64,000 nucleotides of DNA. It comes from Candidatus Hopanoidivoransaceae bacterium (GTDB lineage: Bacteria > Actinomycetota > Acidimicrobiia > Acidimicrobiales > Hopanoidiivorantaceae). The stretch's first letter is position 1. Each line of letters begins with the position of its first letter. Of this stretch, positions 45,149-53,549 are shown piece by piece. The position numbers were made by a program, and so were the translations under genes. The stretch lies in NCBI GenBank assembly GCA_965204495.1, contig OZ241989.1:544312-608311 (forward strand), in the 5' to 3' direction. The notes below the pieces were generated by a model. That model did no database searches. It was given only the letters and a program-made list of their open reading frames with translations, and was not told the DNA's origin.

Positions 45149-45856
45149 CTAATTCCGGCACTTTACCATAATATCCCGAAAAAGCGCGTTTGCGCAATTT
45201 TTATTCATACTGCTCCCACAACCCCAAGATCCTAGCCCCGTCCTCTCTGTCTCCTTCTCTATAACTAGAATGTCTCCTCGGTTTTCTTCTAAAGGGCGTA
45301 TGGTGGTCGGGTTGCAGAAGTAGCGGGCAAAGCTGATCTCGTAGCCGACTTTGACGCTTTCATGGACATACCAGGCATCGGGGGCGTAGGGTAGGACTTC
45401 TCGGCGGGTGGAGACTTCTATGCCGCCTCCTTCTAGGAGGGAGACTTGCTCGGTGCCGCGGAGGGTGGGGAGCGGAGCTTCGTGAATTTTCTTGATGAGA
45501 TGTAGACTCATACTCCTACTATATCAGCATCTTGGCAAAATGTGTGGTTTTTTTGTGAATTTTTTGATGAGCACGGCAAGCCCTAGATGAGGGATCTGTC
45601 TTTGATAACAGCGTGTTTGCCTCGACACCCCCCTGCTCCATGTATTGTCTGGTGCCAGCGGTGGATGTTGCTCTCGCCTTGGCCCTCGTCGCCGGTGAAG
45701 AGGGAACTGCCGTTGTGGTCTTCTGCGAGGGTGAGCATTCCACCTGTGCCGCAAGCGCCGTCGTAGATGAGATATGCCTCTGTCGTCTAGGATTCGCTTT
45801 TGCGCCATGACATCTTCTTTGGTGGCTTCCAGCACGGCGTCTAGGCAGCGGAGCAT
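45149..45856 (-). pseudogene. hsdM: Type I R-M methyltransferase (HsdM) remnant, frameshifted and internally deleted
   Basis: LRCLDAVLEATKEDVMAQKRILD is the HsdM N-domain. IYDGACGTGGML is SAM motif I and lies in a second frame. KVGYEISFARYFCNPTTIRPLEE is the HsdM C-terminal tail, in 45149..45511. The total is under 240 codons, against ~500 for intact HsdM. I saw no NPPF motif. Confidence 0.7.
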
Positions 45857-46356
45857 GTCATCGGCAGGATCGGATCTTTGTCTGGGGCTTCTAAGTCAAT
45901 GGGAGCATTGAGAGCAATCAGGCCATCATGGTCGGTGGCGAGGCAGTGCGAAAACGCTTCAACGCTTCCGCAGAGGTTGTTTTCATCCATGCCATGGAAG
46001 TGGGCGATGAGGAAATCTAGCAGAGCTTGCTCGCCCTCGGTTAGGACATTGCTGTCGAGGGCGGCACTTGGCGAGGGCTCTACTACAGAGGCTTCGGAGA
46101 CTGTTATGTCTCCTGCGCAGACGAGGCTGTCTATGGCTTCGCAAAAAGCTTCGGGGACTATGCCTTCAGCCTCGGTGAAGCGATAGGAATCGCCGGTGAC
46201 GGACACCCCGTGCCTGTGGCAATGGTAGTTGTCAAGAGCGAACAGGGCATAGCGCAGTTGAGTCAGGCTGAAGCTGGGCGAAGCCGAAGCAGCGAATGCC
46301 AGAACAGCCTGCCTGTATTTCGTCAGGCTGATGGTCGGCGATGCTGTCAGTGCCAT
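45841..46356 (-). CDS. Hypothetical protein, weak resemblance to the Panacea/SocA (DUF4065) antitoxin domain
   Basis: SLTQLRYALFALDNYHCHRHGVSVTGDSYRFTEAEGIVPEAF and LTEGEQALLDFLIAHFHGMDENNL loosely follow the DUF4065 pattern (kLqKLlY....g.pl....f.a...GPv ; l...e..lld.v...yg..s...L). The assignment is not secure. Confidence 0.3.
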   Translation of the reverse strand: MALTASPTISLTKYRQAVLAFAASASPSFSLTQLRYALFALDNYHCHRHGVSVTGDSYRFTEAEGIVPEAFCEAIDSLVCAGDITVSEASVVEPSPSAALDSNVLTEGEQALLDFLIAHFHGMDENNLCGSVEAFSHCLATDHDGLIALNAPIDLEAPDKDPILPMTCSAA

Positions 46357-46424
46357 GTTCAGGATTATATCAGGCTTGCTGCACAGTGACTTCCGAGTTG
46401 GATAGCTCGCCCTCTAGTGCTCTA

Positions 46425-46490
46425 AATCTATGCAGCCGCCAGAAACCCAGCCACAACACACACGATGGTGTTCAAATTCGTAGACAACTA
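46425..46490 (+). pseudogene. Relic of a diverged homolog of the giant-protein gene
   Basis: 46431-46487 translates in frame as YAAARNPATTHTMVFKFVDN*. The giant ORF at ~39682-39741 reads DTAAKTP-TTHTMVFKFIDC. The 29-nt stretch acaacacacacgatggtgttcaaattc..tagac is almost identical. The flanks differ by an in-frame 3-nt indel and by conservative changes. Confidence 0.6.
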
Positions 46491-46509
46491 AGTATTGTAT
46501 GCAATTCGC

Positions 46510-48282
46510 TTATTCTTCGCTTAGCGTAGTCGCCTCGTCAAGCCTCTCGCGCAGGGCGTTGGCGGCTGATTGCAGATCTTCTGATGGGTCGCTGGCGTCT
46601 ATCGCATCTAGGTCGGAGCGGGCTTCTTCTAGGCGTTGGGCGGAGCTGACTAGGGCTTGGGCGCGCAGCAGACGGACGGAGGAATTATCTGGAGCTAGTT
46701 GCACTGCTCTGTCTAGGTCGGCTAAGCCTCGGCTGAAGACTTCGGCGGATTCTATGAAATCAGGCAGGGTGAAGAGATAGCCTCTGCCCGACAGCGCGGT
46801 GAGGTTATCGGGGTTTCGCGCCAGCAGATGGGTGAAGACTGTGGCTGCGGCTTGCACACGCTCTGCTGCCAGCACTTGGCCTGGCGTAATCAGCGAAAGC
46901 CCTGCTGTGCTGAGCTGCGTTTCGGTGAATTCTTGCAGGGCATCTGACACTTCTTCTTCCGTTAGCGGCTCCGTTGCGCTTGAGACTAGGGCGAGTATTG
47001 CCGTGACAGCTTCTTGCGCCATGCCAGCATCAATGTCTGCTCGCAGGTTTGAGCTGTCGACAAGCCCTCGGAGGTCGGCTGCGGGGTTCAGGGAATCGAA
47101 GACAGCCAGGTTTGCTTGAGCCATGCGCCAGCGGCTGGTGCTGGCGAAGATGATGGTGCGAAACACTCTGGCATCGGGATAGTCGGGGTCGAGAGCGACA
47201 GCTTCGGCTAGCAGCTGCTCTGATTCCAAAGTGATTGCTCTGTTTTGTTCTGAGTTTTCTTCAGGCGAGACTGCTTCTGATCCAGCAGAGGGACTTTCAA
47301 TGGAATCTGCTTCGGAGGAACTTGCGCCAGAGGAATTTTCGCTGTCCTCGCTAGCCGAGGAGCCGTCTCCTGAAGCTTGTTCTGCCACTTTGTCGCGATC
47401 TTCTGTGAGCCATGTGAGCCAGCCTTTGTAAGTCAAAGCCACCACATTGCTGGGTTCTGACGACAGCACTTCGTCATAGACATCAATCGCAGCTTCAAAA
47501 TCGCCTTGGCCAGTTAACTCTCCCGCTCTCACTATCAAGCCTCTGGAAGTTTGGCGGATGTCGCCAGTCGCCTCGTCCGTTGAAGACCTGAAACCGACCG
47601 TCCTCGCCAGCAGCACTCCAGCCACAACTGCGGCAACCAGAGCCACAGCTACAATGCCGACTACAGACCATCGGCGCTTGCTGTTTCGGATGATAGGAGG
47701 CTGGGATCTGGCACCTGCTGATCCAGCTTCGGCGAGCTCGGGGGCGGGATGTTCGATGTCGGGAGGTTCAGCGGCGAAACCGTCACCACTATCTGTGTTT
47801 GTTTTGCTATCAACGGCGGATTTGCCGAGTTCAGAGGCATCAACCACTCCAGCTTCGCTTTCTTCTTCAATCCGCTGTCGCAGCACCCTCTGCCGCCACG
47901 CGATCCCCAGCACCGCAGCCCCCACCACCACCGCAACAATAGGTATGACCCAAAGCACGCTTCCGAAGCCTTCGCCGGGCGGGGTGAGCAGCACCGAGTC
48001 GCCATAGAGATCGGCATAGACCTGCCTTATCTCGGTGTCGCCTTGGCCTTGATCCACGCGCTCGCGAATATCGGCTCTGATAGCGGCGGCTATGGCGACA
48101 TTGGATTCAGCCGCTGTCTCGCCTTGGCATTGCGGGCAGCGAATTGTGCGAGCCAGAGCCGTGGCTCGTTCGGCTGCTGTGGGGGGATCGTCGGCATCCA
48201 CGATCCCGACTGCCAAAGCAGCAGCCAGAGCAATGCCCATCAACGCCCAGGGCAGCCATCTTGGCAGCCGCATCGCTTTCAT
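46510..48282 (-). CDS. ccmH: Cytochrome c-type biogenesis protein CcmH fused to a TPR-rich CcmI-like region
   Basis: LARTIRCPQCQGETAAESNVAIAAAIRADIRERV is the CcmH/NrfF CxxC heme-handling motif. It is followed by a TM and a long C-terminal region with TPR-like helices, interrupted by an acidic Ser-rich insert. Confidence 0.8.
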   Translation of the reverse strand: MKAMRLPRWLPWALMGIALAAALAVGIVDADDPPTAAERATALARTIRCPQCQGETAAESNVAIAAAIRADIRERVDQGQGDTEIRQVYADLYGDSVLLTPPGEGFGSVLWVIPIVAVVVGAAVLGIAWRQRVLRQRIEEESEAGVVDASELGKSAVDSKTNTDSGDGFAAEPPDIEHPAPELAEAGSAGARSQPPIIRNSKRRWSVVGIVAVALVAAVVAGVLLARTVGFRSSTDEATGDIRQTSRGLIVRAGELTGQGDFEAAIDVYDEVLSSEPSNVVALTYKGWLTWLTEDRDKVAEQASGDGSSASEDSENSSGASSSEADSIESPSAGSEAVSPEENSEQNRAITLESEQLLAEAVALDPDYPDARVFRTIIFASTSRWRMAQANLAVFDSLNPAADLRGLVDSSNLRADIDAGMAQEAVTAILALVSSATEPLTEEEVSDALQEFTETQLSTAGLSLITPGQVLAAERVQAAATVFTHLLARNPDNLTALSGRGYLFTLPDFIESAEVFSRGLADLDRAVQLAPDNSSVRLLRAQALVSSAQRLEEARSDLDAIDASDPSEDLQSAANALRERLDEATTLSEE

Positions 48283-48326
48283 CTCGCTGTCTGCTCTTTC
48301 AGACTGGCGGCTCAGACTGCTACGGC

Positions 48327-48965
48327 TCAGCTTGACAGATCTGCGTCAGCCTGCTGCTCGGCCGCCCTTGCCAGAGCTGCGCTCTCTCGTGCTATTACGA
48401 AGTCGAGAGAGTCAGCAGTCACCCCGCTGGCGCCCACAAGTTTCTCAACCACCACACCCGATGGGGAGACCACATAAGTTTCCGGCAGGGCTGTGACGCT
48501 GTAATCCACCGCGATCCTGCCGGTGTCGTCGCGATTCTCCCCATAGATCACAGGCCAGTCGGCATCGCCCATCACCGACTGCAGCACCCGCTCGCGTGTG
48601 TCGTTGAAAACGACCGTGACAACGATGGCATCCCCTCTCTGGTGTCTCTGATTGAACTCCTCCAGCTCGGGATACTCCTCAATGCACCCCACGCACCAAG
48701 AAGCAAAGAAATTCACAACCATCCATTTGCCGAGATGATGGTCGGAGTTGAAAGTGCCGCCGTCTATCGTTTCGCCTTCAATGAGCGGAGCGGGCTGGCC
48801 AACGATTCCTCGTCCGACTAGAAAACTCTGCTGCGAGTCGCGCGTCGCTAGCAAAAACACGAACAAGCCGACCACAGCCGCAACGAGCAAACTCGTGATT
48901 ACCACAACCCATTTGGTTGAGACTTGACGCTGCGCGATGCTTTGCGCAACTTCTTCTTCTGTCAC
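48327..48965 (-). CDS. ccmG: Thiol:disulfide oxidoreductase CcmG/DsbE (TlpA-like thioredoxin)
   Basis: There is an N-terminal TM anchor. NFFASWCVGCIEEYPEL contains the CxxC thioredoxin motif. The gene lies between ccmF and ccmH. Confidence 0.8.
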   Translation of the reverse strand: MTEEEVAQSIAQRQVSTKWVVVITSLLVAAVVGLFVFLLATRDSQQSFLVGRGIVGQPAPLIEGETIDGGTFNSDHHLGKWMVVNFFASWCVGCIEEYPELEEFNQRHQRGDAIVVTVVFNDTRERVLQSVMGDADWPVIYGENRDDTGRIAVDYSVTALPETYVVSPSGVVVEKLVGASGVTADSLDFVIARESAALARAAEQQADADLSS

Positions 48966-51094
48966 ACCTTTACCTCTAAATCTTCGCGCTCAGCCGCTAA
49001 AACCCTCTGTCGCAAAGCCTTCTCCCCCGCAGCCCTGTTCTGCCTCGCCCGCTTCTTCGGCCACAGGCACAGCACCACCCCGATACCGATTATCCCGCCG
49101 CCGACCCAGAGCCACAGCACCATCGGCTGGACTGTCACCCGCAGCACAGTTTCGGGATTGTCGCCTTCTGGCAAGCTCACTATTGACACCTGCACATCTC
49201 GCAGCGGGGAAGACGCAGTGTCGGGATTGCCGACTATGCGCCCGCGTGCGATGAACCGATCCACAGCGGGGGCGAGCCGCTGGCCGGCAACTCGCACCAC
49301 AGCCCTTTGCTCCAGCCGCTCAGGGTGGGAGATTTCTTGAAACTCCACTAGCTCTATCTCATAGCCGGCAGCCCTGCCCGAATCGCCCACTGCCAGCGTT
49401 ATTTCGTCTTGCTGCAAAAAATTGCCGCTGGCTACCAATGCCAAAGCCATGATCGCCAAGCCGATGTGCGCGACCATTCCGCCGCCGGCCCGCTGCGTCA
49501 GCCCTCGTGCCCCTCTCTTGCTGCAAGCCGTCCAGAGCCTGCGAACCGCTGTGGCGATAACGGCGGCCGCCAAACCGAACGCCAACAGCACCGCCCAGCC
49601 TCGCACGCCCGCCAACACTGCTATCACTATCGTGGCTGTGGCAGCCCAAGCCGAAAGCTGCAATCGGGAATTAAGCTCTGTGGTGCTCGTCTTGCCCCAA
49701 GGCAGCATCGGGGAAACCGCCATCAGAAACAGCAGCAGCAGCCCCAGAGGCGTCGTCATCTGGTTGAAATAAGGCGCGCCGACCGACACCTGATCGCCAG
49801 TCACTGCCTCCGACAACAGCGGAAACATCGTGCCCAGCAGCACCACGAGCGTAAAAGCCGCGAACACGAAGTTGTTGGCGATGAGCGACCCTGTGCGGTT
49901 GAAAGCCGACTGCAGCCGGCTGCCGCCCCTGATGCTTCCGGCCCGCCAAGCCACTAGCCCCACGCACGCCGCGCAGCTGAAACCGAAGAACCCGAGCAGC
50001 GCGGGCCCGATTGCCGACTCGGTAAAGGAATGCACCGAGACCAGCACTCCGGAACGGGTCAAAAAAGTGCCGAGAATAGTCAGGTTGAAAGCCGCGCAGA
50101 TGAGCGACAGGTTCCAAACCGCCAGAATGCCTCGGCTCTCTTGCGCCATCGCCGAGTGCAGAAATGCCGTGCCGCAGAGCCAAGGCAAGAGCGAAGCGTT
50201 CTCCACCGGATCCCAGCCCCAATAGCCGCCCCAGCCCAGCGTGTCGTACGACCACCAAGCCCCCAGCACGATCCCGACTGTCAAGAACCCCCAAGCCACG
50301 AGCGTGAAGGTGCGGCAGTCCTTCAGCCACTGGCGGTCGTAGCGGCCAGAGACGAGCGCGCCGATGGCGAAAGCGAACGGAACAGTGAAGCCGACATAGC
50401 CGAGATACAGCATCGGCGGGTGAAACGCCATCAGCACATTGCTCTGCAGGAGCGGGTCGGGGCCGGGGCCGTCATAGCCTGCGGGCGGAGAGAAAGACGA
50501 AAACGGATCGGCAGGCCCGACGAGCAGCCCGATGAAAAACGCCGTGACGATGCCCATGACCACGAAAGCCCACACTGCTGTGGTGTCGCGTGAAGAGCTG
50601 CTTCGGATTAAAGTGCTGCGGGTGGAAACTTGGCTGGAAGAAGCATCAGAATTCGTGGAATTTGAGAGGGGAACTCGGCTGGTAGAAGCATCAACCGCTC
50701 CGACTTCGGAAACTGCTTCAGAAGCCGACCCCAACTCCAAAATCTTGTTACGAAACTTATAAGCCACAACCCCCCAAAATCCCACGAGCACCAGTGCCCA
50801 AAGCAATATTGAGCCTTCCAGCCCCGACCACAGCGAAGTGAAGTTGAACAAAGGCGAGGTTCTGCTGCTGCCGTATTCGGCCACGAACCTGACAGTGAAA
50901 TCCCTGGTGATGAGCGCCCGCTCCAGAATCACAAAAGAAAAGACGAGACCGGCAACGGCCAGATAAACCAACCGAAGCCCCGCCCGCAGCGGAGCGACTT
51001 CGCGGCGAACCATCCCGAAGAGAACCAGTGCAACGCTCGCAAGCGTCGCCGCCCCTGCCAAAGCGATGCCGAAATCGCCCAGAATGTTGTTCAT
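48962..51094 (-). CDS. ccmF: Cytochrome c heme lyase subunit CcmF
   Basis: The protein is 710 aa and polytopic. WGGYWGWDPVENASLLPWL is the WWD heme-handling motif. Confidence 0.9.
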   Translation of the reverse strand: MNNILGDFGIALAGAATLASVALVLFGMVRREVAPLRAGLRLVYLAVAGLVFSFVILERALITRDFTVRFVAEYGSSRTSPLFNFTSLWSGLEGSILLWALVLVGFWGVVAYKFRNKILELGSASEAVSEVGAVDASTSRVPLSNSTNSDASSSQVSTRSTLIRSSSSRDTTAVWAFVVMGIVTAFFIGLLVGPADPFSSFSPPAGYDGPGPDPLLQSNVLMAFHPPMLYLGYVGFTVPFAFAIGALVSGRYDRQWLKDCRTFTLVAWGFLTVGIVLGAWWSYDTLGWGGYWGWDPVENASLLPWLCGTAFLHSAMAQESRGILAVWNLSLICAAFNLTILGTFLTRSGVLVSVHSFTESAIGPALLGFFGFSCAACVGLVAWRAGSIRGGSRLQSAFNRTGSLIANNFVFAAFTLVVLLGTMFPLLSEAVTGDQVSVGAPYFNQMTTPLGLLLLFLMAVSPMLPWGKTSTTELNSRLQLSAWAATATIVIAVLAGVRGWAVLLAFGLAAAVIATAVRRLWTACSKRGARGLTQRAGGGMVAHIGLAIMALALVASGNFLQQDEITLAVGDSGRAAGYEIELVEFQEISHPERLEQRAVVRVAGQRLAPAVDRFIARGRIVGNPDTASSPLRDVQVSIVSLPEGDNPETVLRVTVQPMVLWLWVGGGIIGIGVVLCLWPKKRARQNRAAGEKALRQRVLAAEREDLEVKV

Positions 51095-51101
51095 CTAATG
51101 C

Positions 51102-51803
51102 TCACTTATTCGGGCAGCCGCTCAGCCGAGACAGAACATCGTCGCCATGGGAAGAATCGTCTGGGTCGGCTGCGCCGAGGGAGGATTCATCGTCTGGCAG
51201 GGTGTAGTCGTTGTCGTGCTTGACGAGAATTCTGTCGGACGCGAAGTAATAGCCGTCCGCAAATGTTGTGGTTCTCAAAAGGCCTCTGTCTTCAGGGCGT
51301 ATCTGGTTTATGGTTTGGCTCTGAACATCTTCCCAGTTTCCTTGAAGAACCACAGGCACGCAGGGCTGAAACAGATCGGGCGGGTCGCCTGTGTGAAGAA
51401 TCCATGCTGCATTTTCTTCGCCTTCACCGGCCAGAGCGAACCGGACCACAGTCTGGCCTTGAGAATTCGCTTGGTCGATCGTGGCAGGCACGGGGGTGCC
51501 GTGAAGCTGAAATCGCCTGCTGCCCAGATCGTCACGCTGCGCCACAGCCCTGTCCACGCTCAAAAAGAACAGAGAGGCATCGTCCAGAGTGCGAAACAAA
51601 AGGTATCCCGAGCCAGCCAACACCGCCAAAATCACACCCCAAGCAGTCACTCTCACCCGCAGCGGGCGTTTTCGGTATGGTCCACTTTCTGTGGCTCCGC
51701 TTTCAGAATCTGCGCCGTCATCTGAGCCAGCGGAATCGATTTGAGCCTGCTGTTCGCTCGGATCAGCCTCGCTCGCGTCAGCCTCCATCTGCTCAGTCTT
51801 CAT
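51102..51803 (-). CDS. ccmE: Heme chaperone CcmE with an acidic N-terminal extension
   Basis: It has a TM anchor followed by an OB-fold region (FQLHGTPV..VRFAL). The C-terminal ILVKHDNDY matches the CcmE heme-binding HxxxY motif. Confidence 0.8.
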   Translation of the reverse strand: MKTEQMEADASEADPSEQQAQIDSAGSDDGADSESGATESGPYRKRPLRVRVTAWGVILAVLAGSGYLLFRTLDDASLFFLSVDRAVAQRDDLGSRRFQLHGTPVPATIDQANSQGQTVVRFALAGEGEENAAWILHTGDPPDLFQPCVPVVLQGNWEDVQSQTINQIRPEDRGLLRTTTFADGYYFASDRILVKHDNDYTLPDDESSLGAADPDDSSHGDDVLSRLSGCPNK

Positions 51804-51942
51804 CTGATGTCATCCATCTGCGTCGCTCTGGCGAAACTTGCGAAGACAGCTTGCGGCCGCGCAGCACAACGCTGAGCGCATAAGCCCCGAGCGCGCCGAG
51901 GCCGATAGACCAGCCTGCTATCAGATAGCCGAGGTGAGTCAT
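51793..51942 (-). CDS. ccmD: Heme exporter protein CcmD (49 aa, not in the ORF track)
   Basis: The minus-strand translation is MTHLGYLIAGWSIGLGALGAYALSVVLRGRKLSSQVSPERRRWMTSDED*. It has a single TM. Its ATG overlaps the ccmC stop (ATGA) and its 3' end overlaps the ccmE start. The position is canonical for ccmD. Confidence 0.6.
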   Translation of the reverse strand: MTHLGYLIAGWSIGLGALGAYALSVVLRGRKLSSQVSPERRRWMTSDED

Positions 51943-52811
51943 ACTTTTGCCTCGGCCCTTCGCTCGGCTAAAGCCTTTTCCAATCCTGTTTCGGCAGCTT
52001 CATTAGCTAGCCATGCCACTCGGAACCGATGTATGAGCAGCCACAAAAACATCACCGAAAATACGGCAAAGCCAATCATAAGCGTCAAAAGGGTCTCGTC
52101 TTCAATTTTCAAATCGGCGAGGGTGGACTGCTGGTGCAGGGTGCGGTTTTCCCACCATTCCACAGACCGATTAACCACAGGAATATTCAGCGCGCCCACG
52201 ATGGCCAAGATGCTGGCGTTGCGGGCTTGACGATGAGGCTCGTTGGGAACAGCCCTAAAAGCCAGATAGCCCACGAAAATCAGAAACAGCAGCAAAGTGG
52301 TGACGAGCCGCACATCTCCCCACTCCCACCAAGTGTTCCACACCGGTCGCCCCCAGATGATGCCGGTCAGCAGGGTGATGCCGCAGAACACCACGCCTAT
52401 CTCCGCGCTGGCATGGGCCACATGATCCCACCACCTTGAACGCCGCCAGAGATAGACGATGCTCCCCAGCCCAGTCAAGCTGAACGAGACATAGGCGAAA
52501 ACTGCCGATGGCACATGAATATACATGAGCCGCACGGCGTCAAACTGGCCGATGATCTCGCCGTCCGCTGTGCGGCGGGAATCCTCCGGGCTCACGAAAA
52601 AAGCGAACACCACGAGCAGCGCCAATCCCGCCAGAGTCGCCCAGCCGAGAATTCGGGTGGTGGGCGAACTTGTGCTGGGTGGAGCGGAGCTTTGGAAAGG
52701 ATTTTGAGATTGGCCTTGGCTAGAGCTTGGAAGGCCAAGGCTGGAAGAGTCCGTATCTGAGATTGCGGAGTCCGCCTTGACAGTTGCCACAGCTTCAGAA
52801 TTCGCTGTCAT
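51939..52811 (-). CDS. ccmC: Heme exporter protein CcmC
   Basis: WGRPVWNTWWEWGDVRLVTTLLLF is a WWD-type motif. There are six predicted TM segments and an extended Ser-rich N-terminus. Confidence 0.85.
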   Translation of the reverse strand: MTANSEAVATVKADSAISDTDSSSLGLPSSSQGQSQNPFQSSAPPSTSSPTTRILGWATLAGLALLVVFAFFVSPEDSRRTADGEIIGQFDAVRLMYIHVPSAVFAYVSFSLTGLGSIVYLWRRSRWWDHVAHASAEIGVVFCGITLLTGIIWGRPVWNTWWEWGDVRLVTTLLLFLIFVGYLAFRAVPNEPHRQARNASILAIVGALNIPVVNRSVEWWENRTLHQQSTLADLKIEDETLLTLMIGFAVFSVMFLWLLIHRFRVAWLANEAAETGLEKALAERRAEAKV

Positions 52812-52814
52812 GCT

Positions 52815-53492
52815 TTACCCCTCCTCCAGCAGATGCCCGAAGACCAACGCACCGAATGTGGCATAAACAGCGGCGAACGCGCCCAGCAGCCCCAGCCACG
52901 ACCAGCCGTTTACTGCGACTGTTCCGAAAGCATCGCCGAATGCCCTGGTCGCTCCGATAAGAACAGGCGCAAGCACAGGCAGCAAAAGCAAAGGAAGTAT
53001 CGTTTCGCGTACTGAAAGTTGAGATGCCACTACCCCATACAGCGTACCTGCAGATGCTATGCCTGCTGCCGCGAGCAGCCCTGCAGCCACAAGCAGACCC
53101 GGCTCCGAAAGCGATGCTCCGTAGAAGATGAAAATCCCCGCCCCCAGCACCGCTTCCAATGCCACAAGCTGCAAAAAGACGGCCAGAGCCTTGCCTGCGA
53201 AAACGGCAGCCGGGCTTATTTCGGATAATCGGAAGCTGTCGAGCGCGCCGTCGGCTCGCTCCAAGGCAAACGATCTTCCAACGGCGAGCAATGCTGCCAG
53301 CAGCACCGCCACCCAGAAAAGACCAGGAGCGAACGACCGAAGCGCTTCGCTGTCGGCATCTAAAGCGAATCCGAAGAGGATCAGAACAAGCACGGCGAAA
53401 GGCAGCACATGGTTGAGCAATACCCGAGACCTCAGCTCTATTCGCAGGTCTTTTCGGGCCACGAGCGCAGCCAATCTCAAGCCGTCTAGCAT
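52815..53492 (-). CDS. ccmB: Heme exporter permease CcmB
   Basis: It is a 225-aa polytopic membrane protein between ccmA and ccmC. The N-terminus ARKDLRIELRSR is typical of CcmB. Confidence 0.8.
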   Translation of the reverse strand: MLDGLRLAALVARKDLRIELRSRVLLNHVLPFAVLVLILFGFALDADSEALRSFAPGLFWVAVLLAALLAVGRSFALERADGALDSFRLSEISPAAVFAGKALAVFLQLVALEAVLGAGIFIFYGASLSEPGLLVAAGLLAAAGIASAGTLYGVVASQLSVRETILPLLLLPVLAPVLIGATRAFGDAFGTVAVNGWSWLGLLGAFAAVYATFGALVFGHLLEEG

Positions 53493-53549
53493 CGCCCTGT
53501 CTCCTTTGCTTTTCTCATAAGACCATTATCCAGAGTGGTGCGATGAGCA

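Noticed and set aside
46462-46478. ggtgttcaaattc resembles a tRNA T-arm (GGTTCAAATCC) at the island border, which might have marked a tRNA-derived att site.
   Set aside because: No acceptor, D or anticodon arms can be folded around it. The same string occurs inside the giant ORF, which shows it is coding-derived sequence.
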